Shown: positions 1-9,110, counted from the stretch's first letter. The stretch: DNA of 64,000 nucleotides from an uncultured bacterium (GCA_963804975.1 CAWDSG010000002.1:341015-405014); one strand, 5' to 3'. Numbers and translations are program-made. Notes: a model not told the origin generated them from the letters alone.

Positions 1-1362
1 GTCGGATTTTTTCCAATCTTTATTTTTTCTCGCCGAATTTCTTTCTTCCACTAATTTTTGTAATTTAATATCTTTACTCATATCACTTAAAACAGGTTCT
101 AATATTTCAACTTCCTTTTTAATATTAAGTCCTAAAACTTTATCAAAATCATAAGCTGTAGCTAATTTATCTGAATTTGAAATATTTGACTTTAACATCT
201 CAAACAAAACAGCCAAGGCTTGAGAAACATTAAAATCATCAGCTATTTTTTCGGAAAAAGATTTTTTAAAATCTGCGTTTACTTTTCCAATTTTATTTCC
301 AAAGGAAGAAATATGATTTAATAAATTCTTATATCCAACCGAAGCAGCGGAAAGCGCGTCCCATGTAAAATTCTGTCTTGAACGATAGTGTGCTTGCATA
401 AAGAAAAATCTCAAAGCTATAGGATTGAAACCTTTTTCTTCAATATCTTTCAAGCTGACACTTAATCCTTCCGATTTTGACATTTTACCATCATTCACAA
501 CAAGCCATTCGTTGTGCACCCAATAATCTGCAAGTGGAGCACTATTCACAGCTTCGCTCTGAGCAATTTCGTTTGTGTGATGAACGGGAACATGTTCAAT
601 TCCTCCCATGTGAATATCAATCGTCTTTCCTAAAAGTTTTCTTATCATTGCCGAACATTCTATATGCCAGCCGGGGAAACCTTCTCCATTCTCAACAAGT
701 GGAGATTTAAATGGCGATTTCCAATATTGCAGTGCATTCTTGTGTGTGCCAGCTTTGAAAAACCAAACGGCAAAATCCACAGGATGTTTTTTCTGCGGAT
801 CTTCTATCTCAGCATTACCAGCGCCAGAAATATTTTTATCGAGGTTTTGTCCGGATAATCTCGTGTAATCTTTTGCTTTTGAAACATCAAAATACACCGC
901 CAAATCCGTAGAGTAGGCAAATCCTTTATCAAGCAGAGTTTTAACAAAAAAGATTATTTCATCAATATATTCCGTAGCTTTTGGCTTGAAATTTGGAGGA
1001 AGAGTATTCAGTTCAGCAACATCTTTTTCAAAAATTTTTATATATTTTTCAGAAATTTCTTTTGGAGAGAGATTTTCTCGTTTTGATGCCATTTCCATTT
1101 TGTCCTTCCCGGAATCCTGATCTGAAATAAGATGCCCAACATCCGTATAATTTCTTACAAATTTAACTTTATAACCGAAATATTTAAAAGTCCTGTCAAT
1201 AAAATCTGCCATTACCATAGCTCTCATATTACCAATATGCTGAGTCCAATAAACTGTTGGCCCACATTGGTAAAATAAAACCTTGCCTTTTTTTATCGGC
1301 TTAAATAAATCTTTTTTCCTCGTGAGAGTATTGTAAAGATAAATAGGGGAGTCGGATTTCAT
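1..1362 (-). CDS. cysS: cysteinyl-tRNA synthetase (C-terminus runs off window start)
   Basis: Reverse-strand translation contains HIGN (HIGH-type) motif near N-terminus, 'GWHIECSAM' zinc-site motif and 'KMSKS'; start ATG at 1360-1362 overlaps stop of upstream gene (ATGA). Confidence 0.85.
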   Translation of the reverse strand, partial: MKSDSPIYLYNTLTRKKDLFKPIKKGKVLFYQCGPTVYWTQHIGNMRAMVMADFIDRTFKYFGYKVKFVRNYTDVGHLISDQDSGKDKMEMASKRENLSPKEISEKYIKIFEKDVAELNTLPPNFKPKATEYIDEIIFFVKTLLDKGFAYSTDLAVYFDVSKAKDYTRLSGQNLDKNISGAGNAEIEDPQKKHPVDFAVWFFKAGTHKNALQYWKSPFKSPLVENGEGFPGWHIECSAMIRKLLGKTIDIHMGGIEHVPVHHTNEIAQSEAVNSAPLADYWVHNEWLVVNDGKMSKSEGLSVSLKDIEEKGFNPIALRFFFMQAHYRSRQNFTWDALSAASVGYKNLLNHISSFGNKIGKVNADFKKSFSEKIADDFNVSQALAVLFEMLKSNISNSDKLATAYDFDKVLGLNIKKEVEILEPVLSDMSKDIKLQKLVEERNSARKNKDWKKSD

Positions 1363-1826
1363 TTTTTTATTTCAACTTTCTTTTCAAGCTTGCTCAGGAT
1401 ATCAATCATCATTTCGTTCTGGTTTTCCAAATGTATCAAAATCGTATCAATTTCTTTTTCCGCAATCTGATTCAGTTCAAAATCGGCCTGCGCGCGTACA
1501 TCGGAATGGTATCCTTGGAGATTCTGTCCAACCATGACAATGGGCATCAATATAAGCTGTATCATATTTGATATAAAAAGCCATAGGACAAAAGCGGGAA
1601 ACGGATCAAACCGCAACTCCACGGGAGCAAACATATTCCAACCGAGCCAAAGAATCGTCCATCCCATCAAAATATAAAAAAATCCCATCGTGCCGACTTT
1701 TTCGGTGATCCATGATGCAAGTTTTTGGGTTTTTGTCAGATGCTCTCTTTGCAGGATATACAAATTTCGCACCGACGGCCTTAATTTTCTCAATTCCTCC
1801 CTTGTGAGCGGTTTTTCTTTATTCAT
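1359..1826 (-). CDS. small membrane protein, DUF1003-like (two predicted TM helices, C-terminal coiled segment)
   Basis: 155-aa ORF; hydrophobic core 'FFYILMGWTILWLGWNMF...FVLWLFISNMIQLILMPIVMV' and overall architecture recalled as DUF1003; 4-nt overlap with cysS start. Confidence 0.55.
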   Translation of the reverse strand: MNKEKPLTREELRKLRPSVRNLYILQREHLTKTQKLASWITEKVGTMGFFYILMGWTILWLGWNMFAPVELRFDPFPAFVLWLFISNMIQLILMPIVMVGQNLQGYHSDVRAQADFELNQIAEKEIDTILIHLENQNEMMIDILSKLEKKVEIKK

Positions 1827-1850
1827 GCAAATAATTTTACCACACCGTAT

Positions 1851-3152
1851 TTGATAAATCTAGCGCTGAATTATTGGACAAATAAAGCATATTTTGAGAT
1901 AATGGGCAGAATGAAAAATGGAAAATTAATCGGATATAAAATACTCATTCTTTCGGCGGTGATTACGCTTATAATATTCGGATTTGGCGTATATGTCGGT
2001 AAAATTTGGTCCCATCCGAATACGAACGAGATTATCAATATTGATAACAGCAGCTCTTTATCTGTTTCCTCGTCGACTATAGATATGGCTCCTTTTTGGA
2101 ATGTCTGGAAAACTCTTGATGAAAAATTCGTTTACACGCATAAAAACGCAAAAGTAATTACCAATCAGGATAAAATATGGGGCGCAATAGAAGGCCTTAC
2201 CGCGGCATACGGAGACCCTTATACGGTTTTTATGCCTCCTACGGAAAGCAGCGAATTTCAGACAAATATAAGCGGAGATTTTGAAGGGGTCGGAATGGAA
2301 CTTGCGATCAAAGGCAGTAATATTGTCGTAGTAGCTCCGCTCAAAGGCACGCCTGCTTACAACGCCGGCATAAAAACCGGAGATATTCTTTTGTCCATTG
2401 ACGGCACATCAACAGCGGCTATGGATATAGATACTGCTGTAAATCTGATAAGGGGCAAGGCCGGCACGACCGTAAACCTTAAATTTGAAAGAGCGGGAAA
2501 TGCAAATCCGCTTGAATTCAAACTGACAAGGGCTGTTATAAATATTCCGACTATAGATACCGATACCAAAGGCGATGTGTTTATCATACGGCTTTATAAT
2601 TTCTACGCTCCGTCCGCAGATGATTTCAGAGGCGCTCTGAGAGATTTTGTGCAGTCCGGGAAATACAAATTAGTCCTTGATCTTCGAGGAAATCCAGGAG
2701 GATATTTGGATGCCGCAGTGGACATGGCGAGTTGGTTTCTTCCGCTTGGCGATGTCGTTGTCAGGGAAAATTTCGGCTCAAGCTCTCCGGAGCAGGTTTA
2801 CAGAAGCAAAGGATACAATGTTTTCAACAGCAATTTAAAAATGATAATCCTTGTGGATCAGGGTTCGGCATCGGCGGCGGAAATTCTCTCCGGAGCTCTA
2901 GAGGAACACGGCATAGCGAAACTTGTCGGCACGAGGACATTCGGAAAAGGTTCAGTGCAAGAGCTCATGCAGATTACTCCCGATACATCGCTCAAAATCA
3001 CTATTGCAAAATGGCTTACGCCAAACGGCTTGTCCATAACTGACAACGGTCTCACGCCGGATTATAATGTGCCGATGACAGATGCAGACATGCTTGCCGG
3101 AAAAGATCCGCAGATGGATAAAGCGATAGAAATATTAGATAATAATAAATAA
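1851..3152 (+). CDS. C-terminal processing peptidase (S41 family, PDZ-containing)
   Basis: N-terminal TM anchor, PDZ-like segment 'GIKTGDILLSIDG', S41 motifs 'DLRGNPGG' and 'ILVDQGSASAAEILSGAL'. True start may be internal Met (about 1902/1911). Confidence 0.85.
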   Translation: MINLALNYWTNKAYFEIMGRMKNGKLIGYKILILSAVITLIIFGFGVYVGKIWSHPNTNEIINIDNSSSLSVSSSTIDMAPFWNVWKTLDEKFVYTHKNAKVITNQDKIWGAIEGLTAAYGDPYTVFMPPTESSEFQTNISGDFEGVGMELAIKGSNIVVVAPLKGTPAYNAGIKTGDILLSIDGTSTAAMDIDTAVNLIRGKAGTTVNLKFERAGNANPLEFKLTRAVINIPTIDTDTKGDVFIIRLYNFYAPSADDFRGALRDFVQSGKYKLVLDLRGNPGGYLDAAVDMASWFLPLGDVVVRENFGSSSPEQVYRSKGYNVFNSNLKMIILVDQGSASAAEILSGALEEHGIAKLVGTRTFGKGSVQELMQITPDTSLKITIAKWLTPNGLSITDNGLTPDYNVPMTDADMLAGKDPQMDKAIEILDNNK

Positions 3153-3153
3153 T

Positions 3154-3600
3154 ATGAAAATAATTTTATTGAAAGACGTGAAGAAAATCGGCAAAAAATA
3201 TGAGATCAAGGATGTTGCCGACGGATACGCGCTAAATTCGCTCATACCGAGCGAAGTTGCCGTTCCCGCCACGCCAAGCTATATAAAATTCGTTGAAGCG
3301 AAGAAAAAGCAGGATGGAATTATAAAAGAAGAATTCAAAAAAGAGTTTGAATATGCGCTTTCAAAATTACCGAACGGCAAGCTTCACATAAGCGGAAAAG
3401 TAAGCGGTAAGGGCCACCTGTTCGCAGGAATTCAGAAAGACAGGATTATAGAGGAATTCAAAAAAGAAACCGGAGTGGTGCTTTCGGACGAGCATTTTGA
3501 ACTTGAAAAGCCAATCAAAGAAGTGGGGGAGCACACCATTGAAATAAAAATAGACGACCAAAAATACAAATTGGTTATATTTGTAAAAGCAGAGGAATAA
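3154..3600 (+). CDS. rplI: 50S ribosomal protein L9
   Basis: N-terminus 'MKIILLKDVKKIGKKYEIKDVADGYALNSLIP' matches bL9 consensus; 148 aa. Confidence 0.9.
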   Translation: MKIILLKDVKKIGKKYEIKDVADGYALNSLIPSEVAVPATPSYIKFVEAKKKQDGIIKEEFKKEFEYALSKLPNGKLHISGKVSGKGHLFAGIQKDRIIEEFKKETGVVLSDEHFELEKPIKEVGEHTIEIKIDDQKYKLVIFVKAEE

Positions 3601-3712
3601 AGGATCGCGAGGCGTTTCGTTTGAAAAGCACGGATATTTTCTTGCTAGAAAATTCCTCGAGCTCGCGCCGTCGCGCTCCCTAGGCTTTTCAAACGAAACG
3701 CCTCGCTTGCTA
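3601..3712 (+). repeat. long-hairpin intergenic element, copy A (family with copies at 9698, 59357, 17424, 52119)
   Basis: Perfect 23-bp inverted arms gcgaggcgtttcgtttgaaaagc (3607-3629) / gcttttcaaacgaaacgcctcgc (3684-3706) around a 54-nt loop carrying the family motifs ATTTTCTtGCTaGAAAAT and GCCGTCGCgCTCCcTAG; starts at the first base after the rplI stop codon. Confidence 0.8.
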
Positions 3713-3739
3713 ACAAAAAATTCCCCGAAGGGAATTTTT

Positions 3740-4012
3740 CTAAATAACATTCACAATACTTCTCCTTGTTATTGTTGAATCAAAATTATTTTTTCTTTTT
3801 GTCTTGAATTCCACTGTTCCGTCCGCAAGAGCAAAAAGCGTGTGGTCTGTGCCAACGCCAACAGATTTGCCGGCGAGTACGTCTCTGCCTTTTTGCCTCA
3901 CGATGATTTGTCCGGTTTTTACGGCTTCGCCGTTATTGATTTTCACCCCAAGATATCTTGAATTGGAATCTCTGCCGTTTTTACTTGAACCTGCTGCTTT
4001 TTTATGTGCCAT
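3740..4012 (-). CDS. rpmA: 50S ribosomal protein L27
   Basis: '[24 protein letters not shown]...' typical bL27 N-terminus; 90 aa. Confidence 0.9.
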   Translation of the reverse strand: MAHKKAAGSSKNGRDSNSRYLGVKINNGEAVKTGQIIVRQKGRDVLAGKSVGVGTDHTLFALADGTVEFKTKRKNNFDSTITRRSIVNVI

Positions 4013-4078
4013 AGTTGATTTTTATCTTTATAATTAATGCCTATGATTCTAACTAATCTCAAGAAAAAAGTCAATCTA

Positions 4079-4107
4079 TTGAAAGAAAAGCTAAAAACCT
4101 ATATAAT
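4079..4107 (+). promoter_or_regulatory. sigma70-like promoter for the large surface-protein gene
   Basis: TTGAAA (4079-4084), 17-nt spacer, TATAAT (4102-4107); about 25 nt upstream of ATG 4130. Confidence 0.5.
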
Positions 4108-4129
4108 CAACGTCATATAAATATAAAAA

Positions 4130-6853
4130 ATGTTAAGCTACCTTGAAAAAAGACAAAATATGATGAATAAAAATTACAAGATATTTGTTTTTCTATTATC
4201 GGTTGTTGGAGGCCTTCTGGCTTTCGGCCAATGTGTTTTTGCTTCTTCCGACGGATATGGATATTTTCGCCCTATAACGATAGATCACACAGAAGTTTCC
4301 ACAAATGATCAAGCATCTTTTCCTATTCTAGTTTGTTTCAACGGAAATTCTCCATGTGACCAATCTTTGCCGGAACTTAAAAATACATCAGATGGAGGGC
4401 ATGTCCAAAATTCAAACGGCTACGATATTATTTTTACTTCCGATATTGACGGCAACAATGTTCTTCCTTTTGAATTGGAAAATTATGTTCCGACTACGGG
4501 CGAAGCTGAGTTTTGGATAAATATACCTACATTGTCCCATTCAACTGACACGACTATTTACATGTTTTACGGAAAATCCGGTGTAAGTAGTTTCCAGGGA
4601 AATACAACGGGAACATGGAATAGCGATTACAAAGGAGTTTATCATCTTTCCACGCCGTCAGTTATTTATGTAAGGCCGACTAGGAGCAGCTATAATCCGA
4701 TAATCAGTCACGGAGGAACAGGATGGAAAGAGCGCCAAGTTCAGGAACCGGTTATTATTCCTGATCCGACTGATAATTCAAAACTTATAATGTTTTATGC
4801 TGCTATGGACGGTTCAAACGATACTGCTATTGGGTTTGCAACTTCAACTGTAGCAAATCCTGAAAGTTGGAATGAGTACAGTGGCAACCCAGTTATTCCG
4901 GGAGAAGGTGTCGGACGGCGAATAGATGCGGTTATAAATGTATCGGGTACGCTTTATCTTTATGCTACTGAAAACAGTGTTCAGGTTGTTTTATACACCT
5001 CTACTGATAACGGACTTACTTGGTCTAGAGATGCTTCAAGTCCCGTTTTAACTCCGGACGGCCAAGAATGTTCAGACGAAACTAATGTCAGTGAAGGTAG
5101 TGTTTACTGGGATGGCGGAAGCAATTGGACAATGATTTACTCTTATCGCACAAACGCAGCTTCTTTAGCGGGATTTCGATATGCAACATCTTCTGATGGA
5201 AAAACTTGGACGAAAGGCGGGTGCACAGACATTCTTTCTTTAGGGCCTGCCGGTACAAGTGATACGTCATATATGGAATGGCATCAGATTTTTAAAATAG
5301 GCTCCACTTACTATTTAAGCTATGAAGGTTATGGCTATAATTCTGAAGGAGTAGTTTGGTCAGCCAATCTTGCTTACAGCAAAAGCTTAACAAGCGGCTG
5401 GAAAAAAGCTGGAGCTAATCCGGTTTTTATACGATCATCAACTCCCGGAGCTTTTGATGAATACCATGTGGCAACGCCAGCTTTTTATAATATCGGCGGA
5501 GTGTGGTATTTATTTTATCAGGGAGGAAACGTCTACGACCCTTATGCCGCTTCAAATTGGGATTTGGGTATGGCTCGTTTGCCTGGAAGTCCGGCAGATG
5601 CCGCTATTGGCGAAGTTCATGATTCTACTTCCAATGCAAATGATTTAGTTGCAGTAAATTTAGCAACTTCTTCAGGAGAATTTGGCAGAGGATTTGTTTT
5701 TAACGGCACTTCAAGTTATGCAAGTTCTCCGATTCCCGGATCTACGGCAACAAGCAATTTTACTTTGCAATCATGGATAAAACCTAACGATTTGGATACG
5801 CCGTTTACGTTCGTACAAAATGGAGCTGATAACGGAATAGATGGAGGTTCCGGTTATGGAATCGGCCTTAATGGCAGTGCCGGAGGAGGGGGAAGGCTTA
5901 CAGCTCTTTTATCTGGAATAACTTGGCTTGATTCGGGTTCTGCATTTGTTTCCACAAGCAGTTGGCACAGCACGGCAATGGTAAGAGATGCAGGTGGCAC
6001 TATTGATTTTTATGCTGATGCGGTTCAGGCCCCTCTTACGTATTCTCAAACACCGAATGCAGCGAATACAAATTTTACAATCGGATCCCTTACAACCGGG
6101 CATGGTTTTTATAACGGATCGGTAGATGAGGTACGTATTTTAGACACTGCGCTTGGAGCAGATTGGATTGCAACTGAATACAATAACGAAAATTCTCCAT
6201 CGACTTTTTATACAGTAGGAGACGAAACCGCTTTAACGACGACTTCAAGAGGTCATCATAGGAATCTTGAGTATCTTTTGTATACAGCCGGATTCGGTGG
6301 CACGATTTCAGGAGAAAAAAGTCAGGTTGTAGTTTCTGGGGGAAGCGGTTCACTTGTCACGGCTGTTCCTGATCCTGGCTATAAATTTACAACCTGGAGC
6401 GATGGCCTAAAAACAGATTCAAGAACCGATGAAAACATATTAGCAAGTGTCAGCTTCACTGCGAATTTTGAACCTTTGTTAACTTCGTCAAATGAAAGTG
6501 AAGCTGAAACTGCTGTTTCTTCGGGAGCATCAAATACCGGCACAGGTGGCGGATTTTATGTTTCGACCTCCTCTGAAATGATAGGTTCGGGCTCCTCCAC
6601 CACTTCAAAGTTTATTTTTAATCGCGATCTTTATTTTACAAAAACAGAATCAGATGTTAAAGAGCTTCAAAAATATTTGAATAATAATGGTTTTATTCTT
6701 GCAAAAACCGGTCCTGGTTCTCCGGGGCAAGAAACTTCTTATTTCGGAATATTGACAAAAAACAGTTTAATTGGCTTCCAAAAAGCAAATAAAATTAAAC
6801 CGACAATCGGGTATTTCGGTCCCATTACAAGAAAGTTAATCAACAGTCGTTAA
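4130..6853 (+). CDS. large secreted/cell-surface multidomain protein (DUF2341-like N-domain, Asp-box beta-propeller, LamG/ConA-like lectin domain, InlB-B-like repeat, C-terminal peptidoglycan-binding domain)
   Basis: Signal peptide after Met at 4160 ('MMNKNYKIFVFLLSVVGGLLAFG'); 'GYGYFRPITIDHTEV...FPILVCF' DUF2341-type start; two Asp-box motifs 'STDNGLTWS' and 'SSDGKTWTK'; LamG-like 'NGSVDEVRILDTAL'; C-terminal PG_binding_1-like 'VKELQKYLNNNGF...GPGSPGQETSYFGILT'. Confidence 0.7.
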   Translation: MLSYLEKRQNMMNKNYKIFVFLLSVVGGLLAFGQCVFASSDGYGYFRPITIDHTEVSTNDQASFPILVCFNGNSPCDQSLPELKNTSDGGHVQNSNGYDIIFTSDIDGNNVLPFELENYVPTTGEAEFWINIPTLSHSTDTTIYMFYGKSGVSSFQGNTTGTWNSDYKGVYHLSTPSVIYVRPTRSSYNPIISHGGTGWKERQVQEPVIIPDPTDNSKLIMFYAAMDGSNDTAIGFATSTVANPESWNEYSGNPVIPGEGVGRRIDAVINVSGTLYLYATENSVQVVLYTSTDNGLTWSRDASSPVLTPDGQECSDETNVSEGSVYWDGGSNWTMIYSYRTNAASLAGFRYATSSDGKTWTKGGCTDILSLGPAGTSDTSYMEWHQIFKIGSTYYLSYEGYGYNSEGVVWSANLAYSKSLTSGWKKAGANPVFIRSSTPGAFDEYHVATPAFYNIGGVWYLFYQGGNVYDPYAASNWDLGMARLPGSPADAAIGEVHDSTSNANDLVAVNLATSSGEFGRGFVFNGTSSYASSPIPGSTATSNFTLQSWIKPNDLDTPFTFVQNGADNGIDGGSGYGIGLNGSAGGGGRLTALLSGITWLDSGSAFVSTSSWHSTAMVRDAGGTIDFYADAVQAPLTYSQTPNAANTNFTIGSLTTGHGFYNGSVDEVRILDTALGADWIATEYNNENSPSTFYTVGDETALTTTSRGHHRNLEYLLYTAGFGGTISGEKSQVVVSGGSGSLVTAVPDPGYKFTTWSDGLKTDSRTDENILASVSFTANFEPLLTSSNESEAETAVSSGASNTGTGGGFYVSTSSEMIGSGSSTTSKFIFNRDLYFTKTESDVKELQKYLNNNGFILAKTGPGSPGQETSYFGILTKNSLIGFQKANKIKPTIGYFGPITRKLINSR

Positions 6854-6880
6854 ATTTAATTTCAAAGAGTTTAAGTAAAT

Positions 6881-7321
6881 ATGGTTTTAAATTATTTTTT
6901 CCAGAAAATCAAGCCCTTTTGGAATGATATAAAAGGCGGGTTTTTAGGCGTTAAAAATAACCTAAAAATAAAGGAAGATTTGTTTATTGCCATACTTATT
7001 GTTCTTGTCGGTCTGGCTTCATTCGGTCTCGGCAAATTGTCGGTTTTGGAAGCAGAAAAAACACCTATTTCCATTATCAATAATCAAACCGTAGTTGATG
7101 AAAGTGTATCCGGAAATGTTTCAAATACAGCTTCAACAAATACAGCGACTTCCACAGGGCAGGGAATCGTATTTGGCTCAAAATCCGGCACAAAATATTA
7201 TTATCCATGGTGTTCCGGCGCAGCCAGAATAAAGCCGGAAAACAGAGTTTGGTTTAAAAGCATTGAAGACGCGAAATCCGCCGGCCTAACTCCTGCGGCA
7301 AATTGTTCGGGATTGAAATGA
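6881..7321 (+). CDS. membrane-anchored hypothetical protein with C-terminal two-Cys domain
   Basis: 146 aa; N-terminal TM 'LFIAILIVLVGLASFGLG'; S/T-rich linker; C-terminal 'YYYPWCSGAARIKPENRVWFKSIEDAKSAGLTPAANC' resembles a small secreted metal/nucleic-acid-binding-type module I cannot name with certainty. Confidence 0.5.
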   Translation: MVLNYFFQKIKPFWNDIKGGFLGVKNNLKIKEDLFIAILIVLVGLASFGLGKLSVLEAEKTPISIINNQTVVDESVSGNVSNTASTNTATSTGQGIVFGSKSGTKYYYPWCSGAARIKPENRVWFKSIEDAKSAGLTPAANCSGLK

Positions 7322-7390
7322 CGAATTTGACATATCTTTTAGTTTTGATAATCTCAAAATAGGAAGTTCGTTCAAAAAAGAGGTGTGTTT

Positions 7391-7615
7391 ATGATCAAAA
7401 AGAAACAGCTCAAAAGTAAAACTATACCATTCAGAGAAGCACATAAAATAATCGGGTGGATGGTCAGATATTGCTTAAAAATCAAAAAAAGATTACAAGA
7501 CTTAAATGATGCGGAAATAGTATTTATTATTTGCTGTGTTTTGAGCGGCCAGGAAAAATGGATATTGGATGATAGGCTAGTGTTTGGAAAATGGACAAAA
7601 AAACGCAAAAAGTAA
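7391..7615 (+). CDS. small hypothetical protein (74 aa, basic)
   Basis: RBS aaaaagagg 8 nt upstream of ATG 7391; followed by a clean rho-independent terminator. Confidence 0.4.
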   Translation: MIKKKQLKSKTIPFREAHKIIGWMVRYCLKIKKRLQDLNDAEIVFIICCVLSGQEKWILDDRLVFGKWTKKRKK

Positions 7616-7633
7616 GGTGATTTACCCGATACG

Positions 7634-7667
7634 AACGGAGAAAGATTTTTTCTCCGTTCATTTTTTT
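7634..7667 (+). terminator. rho-independent terminator
   Basis: aacggaga / tctccgtt stem with 9-nt loop, followed by T7 run. Confidence 0.7.
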
Positions 7668-7746
7668 AAATCTAAAACCAAGTTGACTTTTTTCCTTATA
7701 ATGGTAGATTTTGTATCAGAAGAATTCCAAAAAATGGAGGCAAGAA

Positions 7747-7938
7747 ATGTACTTAGAATTCAATTGCAGAAATGAGAGTTGTGATAATGGAGTTGAAATG
7801 CCTGGCACCTATTGTGAATCTTGTCGTTCACTACCTAAAAAGATAAAATTATTCGCGGTAGCGATTACACTGCTTTTTATAGTGATACCGTTTATTTTTG
7901 TGGTTTATAAAATTTTTTCGATTCCAATCGGTTTTTAA
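7747..7938 (+). CDS. small zinc-ribbon membrane protein (63 aa)
   Basis: RBS ggagg then ATG 7747; 'C-x4-C ... C-x2-C' (FNCRNESCDNGVEMPGTYCESC) followed by one TM helix 'LFAVAITLLFIVIPFIFVVYKIF'. Confidence 0.45.
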   Translation: MYLEFNCRNESCDNGVEMPGTYCESCRSLPKKIKLFAVAITLLFIVIPFIFVVYKIFSIPIGF

Positions 7939-7949
7939 GGGGAGAAATC

Positions 7950-8072
7950 ATGAAAAAACTAAGATTGTTCTTTGTTTTGTTTATTAAAATACTTTTTCCA
8001 AAAAAGCCGAACAAGAAACAAATTAAGGTTTTGAATGAAACAAATATCAACTCCGGTACTACTACCGGTTAA
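7950..8072 (+). CDS. tiny ORF (40 aa) with RBS and terminator
   Basis: ggggag RBS before ATG 7950; terminator immediately downstream (8072-8102). Confidence 0.3.
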   Translation: MKKLRLFFVLFIKILFPKKPNKKQIKVLNETNINSGTTTG

Positions 8073-8102
8073 AACACAGCAAGTAATACGCTGTGTTTTT
8101 TG
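8072..8102 (+). terminator. rho-independent terminator
   Basis: aaacacagc / gctgtgttt stem, T-run. Confidence 0.7.
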
Positions 8103-8169
8103 TTGCCAATCTTATTTTTTGTGCTAGGATAAAAATAGATTCTTATTGTTATTTTAAATGGGGGATTAC

Positions 8170-8376
8170 ATGATCAAACATTTATTTATTTCTGGGAAAG
8201 CAATAGAAACTTTGCGATTAACTCCGCGTGATTTAAAAAAAGCAATGCGATTAAGGAAAAATGAAATAGCACGAGAACGTTATCAAGAAAAACGTAAGAA
8301 ACGTTTAAGGAAAACTCGCGTTAATCTTGTAGCTATTCGTGGGCAGATGGACTGCCCAAGACATAATGATTTTTGA
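8170..8376 (+). CDS. small basic hypothetical protein (68 aa)
   Basis: ATG 8170 after gggggattac; Lys/Arg-rich 'RERYQEKRKKRLRKTR'; own terminator. Confidence 0.4.
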   Translation: MIKHLFISGKAIETLRLTPRDLKKAMRLRKNEIARERYQEKRKKRLRKTRVNLVAIRGQMDCPRHNDF

Positions 8377-8391
8377 TTCAGACGGATAAGA

Positions 8392-8421
8392 GCGCGGAAC
8401 CGTAGGTTCCGCGCCTTTTTA
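8392..8421 (+). terminator. rho-independent terminator
   Basis: gcgcggaacc / ggttccgcgc stem then cttttta. Confidence 0.75.
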
Positions 8422-8442
8422 TTTCTGTGTTAAAATAAACTT

Positions 8443-9039
8443 ATGATTATCGTAGACGTAGAGGCAAGCGGGGTGGATTTGAATAAAAGCTCAATCTTAT
8501 CAATTGGAGCGTTTGATTTTGATAATCCTAAAAATAAATTTTATGGCGAGTGCAGAATCTGGCAGGGCGCGCATCTGAATAAGGACTCAATGAAAGTAAA
8601 CGGCTTTACTGATGAAGAAGCGCAGGATCCTAAAAAGCAATCCGATGGGGAATTGGTTAAGACCTTTATTGAATGGGCGCTTACCTTCTGCAAGGAACAT
8701 ACTTTTGCCGGACAGAATCCTTCTTTTGACAGGGATTTCATACATTATGCGGCGACAAGGGCCCATCTTGACTGGCCATTTGCTTTCAGGACAATTGACC
8801 AGCATTCTCTTTGCTTTATGCATATGATTAAGAGGGGAATAACTCCGCCCATTCTCAAGAAAAGGACTGACCTTGATTCCGATAGGATTATGGAATATGT
8901 CGGAATCCCGACCGAACCTCATCCTCACAATGCCTTAAATGGGGCAAAAGTGGCCGGAGAAGCTATTTCAAGATTGCTTTATGATAAACCATTCCTTCCG
9001 GAATTCAAAAAATACCCTATCCCATGGCTTAAAAAGTAA
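8443..9039 (+). CDS. DEDD-family 3'-5' exonuclease (DnaQ/PolIII epsilon-like)
   Basis: 'MIIVDVEASGVD...' Exo I motif D-x-E, later 'FDRDFI' and 'HNALNGAKV' (Exo III YxxxD/H-type) consistent with DnaQ-like fold; 198 aa. Confidence 0.7.
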   Translation: MIIVDVEASGVDLNKSSILSIGAFDFDNPKNKFYGECRIWQGAHLNKDSMKVNGFTDEEAQDPKKQSDGELVKTFIEWALTFCKEHTFAGQNPSFDRDFIHYAATRAHLDWPFAFRTIDQHSLCFMHMIKRGITPPILKKRTDLDSDRIMEYVGIPTEPHPHNALNGAKVAGEAISRLLYDKPFLPEFKKYPIPWLKK

Positions 9040-9080
9040 AGGCCTAAATTTGGATTAAAAAGCATAATTAGGATTAGATA

Positions 9081-9110
9081 AAATACGGCTTATTAGAGCC
9101 GTATTTTATA
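9081..9110 (+). terminator. rho-independent terminator
   Basis: aaatacggc / gccgtattt stem then tttta. Confidence 0.6.
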
